From positions 1 through 64,000 of the IMG/VR virus record IMGVR_UViG_3300027791_000009: DNA of 64,000 nt; one strand, 5' to 3'. This document shows positions 52,639-61,300 of this stretch, piece after piece. The DNA comes from a virus. Position numbers and translations under genes: made by a program. The notes beneath the pieces are model-generated. The model saw only the letters and a list, made by a program, of their open reading frames with translations, had not been told where the DNA came from and ran no database searches. How positions within the stretch are numbered: position 1 is the stretch's first letter; every line of letters begins with the position of its first letter.

Positions 52639-55203
52639 ATGAAGTTTAATAAAAAGATTACAAACCTTTTACAAGGTCAAGTACCTGATTTTGTAATTGA
52701 AGAGCATCCTAAATTTTTAGAGTTTGTAAAAACTTATTTCCAATTAATGGAAGCCGCTGAGCTTTCTATTTCATCTTCTCAATCAACAGACGGTATATTA
52801 CTTGAAACAGAAACAGGTCAATCTAATACTTTATTATTAGACGCAAGTAGACTTGGTTCAGAAGCAACTCAAATAGACGCAGGTTCTAAAATCTTACAAG
52901 AACAATCATCATTTGGTAAATTCACAAATGGTGAAACTATTAAAGGCGAAACTTCTAATGCGACAGCAGTAATACTTACAGAAGATTTATTAAACGGAAG
53001 ATTATTCATTACAGCAGAAGATAAATTTATAGAAGGTGAAACGGTCACTGGAGTTTCTTCTGGTGCGTCTGGTGTATCTGGAAAGTATAGACCTAATCCA
53101 GTAAAAACAATACAAGACTTATTATCGTTTAGGGATCCTGATAAAGTTATCTCACATTTCTTAGGTCAATTTAGAAATGAAGTACTAACTACAATACCAG
53201 AAAATTTAACAGAAGGTCTAAACAAAAGAGAATTAATTAAAAGAGTAAAATCTTTATATCGTACTAAAGGTACTGCAAAAGGACACGAATTATTTTTTAG
53301 ATTACTATTTGGTATTTCTTCTGAAACATTTTATCCTAAAGAACAAATGCTTAGAGTATCAGATGGTGAGTTTACATCAAATACAATATTAAGATGTATT
53401 AACTCAATCGGTGATACAGGTAAATTACTTGGTAGACAAATTACAGGTATAACTTCAGGTGCAACTGCAATTGTAGAAAACATATCTCGTTTCCAAATAT
53501 CAAGTGAAGTCGTATCAGAATTTTTATTAAACCAAGAAAGTATTGTAGGTACATTCCAAGTTGGTGAAACAATTAGAGGTACTGCAAGTGATACAGATGA
53601 CTTATATATTAAATCAGATGTTACCGGTATACCTGGTAAGTTTACAATTACTAATGATGGTTCACTCTTCACAGATAACGAACAAGTCGATTTAGTAGGT
53701 GGCGGTGGTGGTGCAAACTGCCAAGTCGGTGAAATAGGTGCTGGTGGTATTTCAGAATTTTATATTAATGCAAACGGTTCACAATATCAAATTGGAGACC
53801 AACTAGTTTTCAATAATGCAAATACAAACGGTGCCGGTGCTGTAGCAGAAGTTGCTGTAGTTAACGGTGCAATAGCAGGAGAAGCTTCTAGTGGTTATGA
53901 CCATATCATATTTGAAGACGCAACAAGTAAGAATGACATCAACCCTGGTGATAAAATAGTTTTAGAAAGTGGTCTTGGTGATATTACAGATATTAGATTA
54001 ATTAAAAGTGGTTCTGGTTATACAAGTTTACCTACGGTTACGATTGCAACTGATAATGGTTTATCTGCTGAGATATACGCATATGGAACTGAAATTGGAA
54101 AACTTCTAGGTATTACTACTATCGAGTCTGGTCTTAAACACGATTTAAGTCCATCTCCACCAACGGTTAAATTACCACAAGCAATTCTTATATTAGGTCA
54201 TACAGGTAACTATGTTGCCGGTGAAACAATCACTGGTGGTACATCAAGTAATACTGGTGTAGTTTTATCTTGGGATTCTACTAGAGGTCTATTAAGATTA
54301 AAGAATATTACAGGTGCATTTGTAGGACACGAAGTAATGACAGGTAGTATTTCAGGTGTTACCGGTCTAATGGCAAAAACAGATGTTGCAACTGCAACGG
54401 TCGAAATTGTAGGTACTTCTACAAGTGAAGGTAAATATATTTCAGAAGATGGTCACTTATCAGAAACAACTATGAAAGTACAAGATAGTTTATACTATCA
54501 GGACTTCTCGTATGTAATTAAAGTAGGTCGTACTATTGACACATGGAGAGACGCATTTAAAAAGACAATGCACCCTGCTGGTTTCTACTTTACTGCACAA
54601 GTAAACATTGAAAGTAGACTTAATGCGAAAAATAGAATGCCTGTTATTGGTAGGGTTACTGGTATTGAGGCAAGTCCATTTATTTCTGTATTGAATACAT
54701 TGTTTGGTACAATCTTTGGAAGAAGATTAGGTACTATAGATGATGGTACTTCATTAAGAGCAAGTGGTTCTAACGCATTACAACTAGGTGTCGCAGCTGA
54801 TGTTGTACAAAATGCAAAATCGCCTTTTGCAACAGATACAAGAGATTTAACTTTACATAGAACAAAGATTGCTTTCTCGTTTCAGTTTAAACCATTTTAT
54901 AACTTTAGAACGGTCAATACAAACTTTGGGTCTGTATATGCTGGACCACGATTAAGAAGTTTCAATAAATACTTTCAACAATCTATGTCTGCTTCTGCAA
55001 TGAATTGGGCTAGAGTAGCAGAATTAAAGGCAATAGGTACAAATACTGCAGCTGATGGTACAGACTTGCAATTTGGAGATATAACTACTATTGCAAAGAC
55101 TTATATTACATACCCGGCAGCAATACTTGTTCCTCAAGGTAGATTTAGTAATACACAGAAAAAATTTAGTAGTGCAACGGCGAAGTTTAGCTCAACTACA
55201 TAA
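52639..55203 (+). CDS. 7: baseplate wedge initiator (T4 gp7-like)
   Basis: Q.P.F..E.P.F.EF...Y, LY..KGT, QDS.YYQDFSY.IK, HPAGF. Confidence 0.8.
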   Translation: MKFNKKITNLLQGQVPDFVIEEHPKFLEFVKTYFQLMEAAELSISSSQSTDGILLETETGQSNTLLLDASRLGSEATQIDAGSKILQEQSSFGKFTNGETIKGETSNATAVILTEDLLNGRLFITAEDKFIEGETVTGVSSGASGVSGKYRPNPVKTIQDLLSFRDPDKVISHFLGQFRNEVLTTIPENLTEGLNKRELIKRVKSLYRTKGTAKGHELFFRLLFGISSETFYPKEQMLRVSDGEFTSNTILRCINSIGDTGKLLGRQITGITSGATAIVENISRFQISSEVVSEFLLNQESIVGTFQVGETIRGTASDTDDLYIKSDVTGIPGKFTITNDGSLFTDNEQVDLVGGGGGANCQVGEIGAGGISEFYINANGSQYQIGDQLVFNNANTNGAGAVAEVAVVNGAIAGEASSGYDHIIFEDATSKNDINPGDKIVLESGLGDITDIRLIKSGSGYTSLPTVTIATDNGLSAEIYAYGTEIGKLLGITTIESGLKHDLSPSPPTVKLPQAILILGHTGNYVAGETITGGTSSNTGVVLSWDSTRGLLRLKNITGAFVGHEVMTGSISGVTGLMAKTDVATATVEIVGTSTSEGKYISEDGHLSETTMKVQDSLYYQDFSYVIKVGRTIDTWRDAFKKTMHPAGFYFTAQVNIESRLNAKNRMPVIGRVTGIEASPFISVLNTLFGTIFGRRLGTIDDGTSLRASGSNALQLGVAADVVQNAKSPFATDTRDLTLHRTKIAFSFQFKPFYNFRTVNTNFGSVYAGPRLRSFNKYFQQSMSASAMNWARVAELKAIGTNTAADGTDLQFGDITTIAKTYITYPAAILVPQGRFSNTQKKFSSATAKFSSTT

Positions 55204-55210
55204 GAACGCT

Positions 55211-55218
55211 TATAAATA
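55211..55218 (+). promoter_or_regulatory. T4-type late promoter
   Basis: TATAAATA. Confidence 0.8.
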
Positions 55219-55239
55219 TTAGGATAGGAAGATAAAAAT

Positions 55240-56859
55240 ATGGCAAAACAAAGTATAGGATTAGGTAGTACAGCAAATGACGGTACAGGTGATAACCTGC
55301 GTGTTGGTGGTGATAAAGTTAACGATAACTTTAATGAAATCTACACAGCCTTAGGTGACGGTTCTGCATTACAGATAATAACTACTGGTGCTACATCTAA
55401 CCAAGTACTCCAATGGTCTACATCAAACAATAGATTTGAACCAACTGCTTCTGCGGCTGCTGGTGATATATCTGTAGATACAACTCCTCAACTTGGCGGC
55501 GATTTAGATGTTAATAACAACAATATTGTTTCTACATCAAGTGGTGATATTAATATTATTCCTAATGGTACCGGTAGAATTAAATTCGGTGCTTTAAGAT
55601 TTCCTACAGGTGCTGGTACTGGAACATATGTACTTGCAACTGACGGCGCTGCCGATATGTATTGGAAACAAGTAGGTTCTGTAATTAACTTATCTGCTGA
55701 TGTTGGAACAAATGACGATTACACGGTAGGTGATGTTCTTAACTTTACAGGTGGTACAGGATTAACTTCAACGGTTTTAGACGATACAATTAAATTTGAT
55801 ATTAATTCAGATGTTATAACTTTAGCAGATACACAAACTTTATCAAACAAAACAATAGACAACGCTATACTTACTGGAACAACTTCTGGTAATGTTCAAA
55901 TTAAAGCTTCAACTCTTGGTTCTTATATCGCACAAGGCGGTAACGCTCTTGCAGGATTTGAAAATGCAACAACTTACGCTGGTGCATTTGCTGTTGATAC
56001 ATCAACTTACAAATCTTATTATGCAGCTAACGGAGCTTGGAACGAAATATTAGCTTCGACTTCATCTATAGACACTTTAAGTGATGTTGATACAACTACA
56101 CAAGCGCCTACGAGTGGACAAGCATTAGTATGGAATGTTGGTGCAAGTGCATTTAGACCTGGTTCAATTACGACAAGTGTTGTCACAGATACAGCACCAA
56201 GTCTTGGCGGAAACCTAGATACTTCAGGATTCACAATTCAAGGAACTGGTAAATTAAGTTTAAGTGGTTCTGGTTCAATTGTAAAGGCAGATTTTACTAA
56301 CACTGGTGCATTACCAAATGCTTCAAATAGTGCAGGTGCTTTTGCTGTTGCAACAAGTACACTAAAAGCATACTTTGCTACTGCTTCAGGTTGGATTAAC
56401 TTATTATCAGAAAATGACTCAATTGATTTACTTTCAGATGTAGACACATCAAGTAGTGCTCCTGCATATGGACAAGTATTAGTATGGACAAATGTAGGTG
56501 GTAGTGGTCAATGGAAACCTAATGATTATACTCCGGCAACTAGAGTATCAGCAAAGTTTCAGGTAACTGCAAGTGGTTCAACTGATTATGTATTTAATGG
56601 TGATGGTTTTCCATCAGCACAGAATGACCCAACGCTTTATTTAAAGAAAGCACATACTTATCAATTTGAAGTAAATGCTTCTGGTCACCCATTTGCTATT
56701 AGAACTGCGTCAGGTGGTTCTGCATACAGCTTTGGAGTAACCAACAATGAGTCAGCAGTTGCAACAATAACATTTACGGTGCCAATGAACGCACCTTCTA
56801 CTTTATATTATCAATGTACTGCACATTCCGGTATGGGTGGAGTAATTAATATAGCATAA
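55240..56859 (+). CDS. baseplate/fibre protein (gp9/gp10-like N-terminus, internal repeats, cupredoxin-like C-terminus)
   Basis: MAKQ.I..G..ANDGTGD.LR..G.K.N.NF; LSDVD repeats; YYQCTAHSGMGG. Confidence 0.85.
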   Translation: MAKQSIGLGSTANDGTGDNLRVGGDKVNDNFNEIYTALGDGSALQIITTGATSNQVLQWSTSNNRFEPTASAAAGDISVDTTPQLGGDLDVNNNNIVSTSSGDINIIPNGTGRIKFGALRFPTGAGTGTYVLATDGAADMYWKQVGSVINLSADVGTNDDYTVGDVLNFTGGTGLTSTVLDDTIKFDINSDVITLADTQTLSNKTIDNAILTGTTSGNVQIKASTLGSYIAQGGNALAGFENATTYAGAFAVDTSTYKSYYAANGAWNEILASTSSIDTLSDVDTTTQAPTSGQALVWNVGASAFRPGSITTSVVTDTAPSLGGNLDTSGFTIQGTGKLSLSGSGSIVKADFTNTGALPNASNSAGAFAVATSTLKAYFATASGWINLLSENDSIDLLSDVDTSSSAPAYGQVLVWTNVGGSGQWKPNDYTPATRVSAKFQVTASGSTDYVFNGDGFPSAQNDPTLYLKKAHTYQFEVNASGHPFAIRTASGGSAYSFGVTNNESAVATITFTVPMNAPSTLYYQCTAHSGMGGVINIA

Positions 56860-56869
56860 CAAGAAGATG

Positions 56870-56877
56870 TATAAATA
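56870..56877 (+). promoter_or_regulatory. T4-type late promoter
   Basis: TATAAATA. Confidence 0.8.
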
Positions 56878-56902
56878 TATCAAAGAACATAGGAATTAAA
56901 CA

Positions 56903-58363
56903 ATGCCAGCAATTATAACAAGCAAATTTAGAAGAAATAATGCTCAGCAATTCGAGGAATCGTTTGGTGAAGCAACTCCTAATATCTATTATCTAGGTAT
57001 TGGTAAACCTACTGAATATGGTACTAAAACTAGACCAGACGGTAGAACAGAAAACATTGGAACAGATAGTGCTCCAGTAACCCCAGCAGATTCAGTACAA
57101 GACGAATATGATGTATTTGATGATTTACTTGCTGCTAAGAGGGTAACAAGCTCAGATGTGTCTTTTGCGTGTCCAAGAATTAACTGGACAACAGGTACAA
57201 CTTACGATATGTACAGACATGACTATGGCAACAGAATTACAGGAACTACTACAGCACAAGCTGCTCATAGTGGTGCAACAAATTTATATGACGCAAACTT
57301 CTATGTTCTTAATTCCAACTTTGAAGTTTACAAATGTTTAGATAACGATAACAATACACCATCAACGATAGAACCTACTGGCGCTTCTATTCTTATTTTA
57401 GAAACTTCTGATGGTTACAAGTGGAAATATATGTACACTATGTCTGCTGCTCAACAAGCAAACTTTTTATCAACAGACTTTATGGGTATCTCAACAAATA
57501 GTACAACAACGACTAATGCTAAAGATGGTGCAATAGATATCATTAAAATTAAAACTGCTGGTACAGGTGGTACAGACGGAACATTTACTAGTATTCCTAT
57601 AAGAGGAGATGGTGCAAACGGAACTTGTACGGTTACGATTTCAAGTGGTTCGGTTACTGCTGTTCTTCCAACAGGAACACCGTTAGGATATTCTTTTGCA
57701 AATGTAAGAGTATCAGATATTAATGCTACTTCAGGTGGTTCCTTAACTGGTGCTGAACTAGATTGCATTATTGGTCCAAAAGGTGGTCACGGATTTGACC
57801 CACACGAAGAACTAGGTGGTTTCTTTGTAATTCTTAATACTTCATTTGAAGGTGCTGAAACAGCAAACTCTGGTGACTTTACAACTGCAAACGATTTTAG
57901 AAGAGTTGCATTAATTAGAGACCCAAAATCTGCTGGTGCTGCTGTGAATACAACAACATTAAGAGCAACAAAAGCTATCAGATTAGATTCTGGTGCTGGT
58001 GTATTTCAATCAGATGAAATAATTACACAAACGAGTACAGGTGCTGTAGGTAAAGTAGTACAATTTGATACTGCAAACAATTTATTGTTCTACACACAAA
58101 CAAGATATAATAATGAAGGTGTTGACGCAACTGGAAATGGAACTGCATTTAGTGGAATAAATGTGATTACAGGTTCGACTTCTAGTAGCACAGGAACACC
58201 AACTGGAAATACTGAAACGGTTAACAATGTCTCTCTAGTTTCTGGTTATGCAACTTCTGAACTTGACCAAGACTCTGGCGATATAATGTACATTGAAAAC
58301 AGAGCACCGGTTAATAGAAGTGTTGACCAAACGGAGAATGTTAAGTTAATCATAGAATTTTAA
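56903..58363 (+). CDS. 8: baseplate wedge protein (T4 gp8)
   Basis: MPAIIT, YDMYRHDY, VYKCL.N, DGYKWKYMY, SGDI.YIENR...Q.E..K.IIEF. Confidence 0.92.
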   Translation: MPAIITSKFRRNNAQQFEESFGEATPNIYYLGIGKPTEYGTKTRPDGRTENIGTDSAPVTPADSVQDEYDVFDDLLAAKRVTSSDVSFACPRINWTTGTTYDMYRHDYGNRITGTTTAQAAHSGATNLYDANFYVLNSNFEVYKCLDNDNNTPSTIEPTGASILILETSDGYKWKYMYTMSAAQQANFLSTDFMGISTNSTTTTNAKDGAIDIIKIKTAGTGGTDGTFTSIPIRGDGANGTCTVTISSGSVTAVLPTGTPLGYSFANVRVSDINATSGGSLTGAELDCIIGPKGGHGFDPHEELGGFFVILNTSFEGAETANSGDFTTANDFRRVALIRDPKSAGAAVNTTTLRATKAIRLDSGAGVFQSDEIITQTSTGAVGKVVQFDTANNLLFYTQTRYNNEGVDATGNGTAFSGINVITGSTSSSTGTPTGNTETVNNVSLVSGYATSELDQDSGDIMYIENRAPVNRSVDQTENVKLIIEF

Positions 58364-58375
58364 AGAGGAAAATAA

Positions 58376-61300
58376 ATGCCAAGTCCAACTGACTTTAACC
58401 TCTCGCCGTACTATGACGATTTCTCGGAAGATAAAGCCTTCCATAGAATATTGTTTAGACCAGCATTTGCTGTACAGGCTAGAGAACTAACACAATCGCA
58501 AACGATACTACAGAACCAAATTGAAAAGATGGGTAACCATATCTTTGAGCAAGGTGCTCAAATGATTCCTGGTGAGATTACTTACGATTTACAATACTAT
58601 GCGATTAAGTTAACATCATTTACAGGTACAAGTAATCTAACAGACTTTGTTGGAATAGAAGTAACCGGTCAAACATCTGGTGTTGTTGCGAAAGTAATTA
58701 ATTCAGATGTCGCAACTTCTACTGACCCTGCAACTCTTTATGTAAAATACACTAAAACAGGAACTGGAAATCAAACACCAGACTTTGTTGCTGGCGAAAC
58801 AATTTTAGGTGTACTTAATGGAAGTACAAATATTAGTGGAGTGGTTACAAGTGCTGAAACCGGTTCTGCTGCTTCAGTTGCTTCTGGTACTTACTACATT
58901 AATGGTTATGCTGTTAATGTTTCAAAACAAACAATTGTATTAGACAAGTATACAAACACACCATCTTACAGAGTAGGTCTAACGGTTACTGATAGTATTG
59001 TAACCCCTAACTTAGATGTCTCACTTGTAGACAATGCAGCCGGTTCATCAAACGCAAATGCTCCAGGTGCTCACAGATTTAAAATAGATTTAACTTTATC
59101 TAAACTTACAACGACTTCTGTTGAAGATTCAAGCTTCATAGAGTTATTAAGATTAGAAAAAGGTACTCTCCAGAATAGAGTTAGAACAACTGAATACTCT
59201 ATTTTGGAAGATACACTAGCAAGAAGAACTAGTGACGAAAGTGGCGATTACACAATCAGACCATTTGATTTAGATATTAGAGAACATTTAGATGATACTG
59301 CTGGCAATAGAGGTATCTTTACTGCTGCCGCTGGTGGTGACGCTAACAAACTTGCATTAGGTTTATCTCCTGGTAAAGCATATGTAAAAGGTTATGAAGT
59401 TGATAAAATTGGAACAACTTTTGTTCCTGTAGAAAAACCTAGAAGTTTTGGAAATGAAAATGGTTTCAATACTATCTTTGATGTTGGTAACTTTCTCAAT
59501 GTATCAAATGCTTATAACTCTCCGGACATTAACTTTGTAACCGGTAAGACAGAAGCGTTTAAAGGATTACAACTAAAACTTGCTAGTGAAGCATATACTG
59601 CTGGTAACATACCAACAAATGTTCAAAACAGAGTAAAAGACATCGGTCGTGCTAAATCTAAAGGTTATGAATTTAACGCAACGACAGGTGCTGGCATTTC
59701 AACTGCTTCAAACATATCTCCGTCTTCAAGTAATATATTCAAACATTATCTGTTTGATGTAGAAATGTTTAGTCATATAAAAATTCCAACAAATGTAGTA
59801 TTTACAAATGGTGAAACAATCACTGGTACTACTTCAGGTGCTAACGGTATTAAAGAAAGTGTTTCAACAAATACAACTTCGGCAATCGCTACATCAACAG
59901 CTGCAAATCCAGTAGTTATCACAATGTCTGCTGATTTAGAAGTTTCTGATGGTGACGCAATTACGATAGCAGGTGTCGCAACTCAAACAGAATTAAACGA
60001 CATTGTTTTCTATGTAAGACAAAAAGTTGGTGGTGTTGCAAAAAGAGAATTTGAATTGTATAACGCTGATGATGTTGCCATTGACGGTACAGGACATACA
60101 GGTGCTGGTTCCGGTGGTACTATCACAACATCTTGTGTAGTATTATCAAGTGTACAAGGTCAATTTATACCAGGTGAAACAATCACTGGTGGTACTTCAT
60201 CTAATACTGCTGTAGTAAAAGCAAATGTATTTGGCAATCAAGGTTTCACACATTACGGTTCAAGTGATGTAAAAGAAGTTACCATGGCAGGAAGTCCAGT
60301 ATATACTGCACAAGCTGATTTATCTGCAACATATGGAGAAAATAAAACACTATCTGGTAATATTTCAATTAGTGCTTCAACTTCGGATGTAACCGGTTTC
60401 AACACACAATTTTTAACAGAATTAAAAGTAGGAGATAGTGTTCAGTTTGCAACAACGACTGGTACTATTTTAACTAGAACGGTAATTAACATTGTCAATT
60501 CATCTTCAATCAGACTTGATAGTGCAATTTCAACAACTGCCGTTTCAAACTCATTGATTATAAGAAGAAGAGGAAAATTACAAGACGCAAGTAAAAACAT
60601 TTCGTTGTTCTCTTTACCTTACACAACAATTAAAACATTAAAAACAGCAAACAACTCTGGTATTTCTGATACATCATTTATTGTAAGAAAAACATTTGTA
60701 GGTTCTTTATCTTCAACTGGTGATATTACAATTACTGCAAACACAGGCGAAACTTTTGTTGCACAACAAGAACAAGATTATTCGGTAACTATTATGTCAG
60801 CAGGTGGTTCATCTTCTGCTGGTACAGCTGGTGACAAGATATCTACAACAGGTAATAACCATGAAGGTAATGCTTGTTTCACATTAGGTGGTTCTCCAGT
60901 AGGTCGTTCATTAACTTTAGATTTTGGTGCTAATCACTCTGACCACGAAGTAAAAATTATTGCGACTATATCTAAATCTGCACAAAACGAAAAATCAAAA
61001 AATTTAGTATCAAACTCGACAGCAACTATTACAACTTCAGCAGCTGCAACTGCAAATCATATTTCATTAGGTGTTGCTGACGGATATCAATTAGTATCTG
61101 TTAAAATGGCGGCTGACTTTAGTACAACACCAACTGCAAGTGATACAGACATCACAACAAGATTTACACTTGATAGTGGACAAAGAGATAACTTCTATGA
61201 TATTGCTAGACTAGTAAGAAAAGAAGGTAGCTTGGCACCAAGTGGACAATTATTAATTACATTTAATTATTTCACACACGGTTCTGGTGACTTCTTTAGT

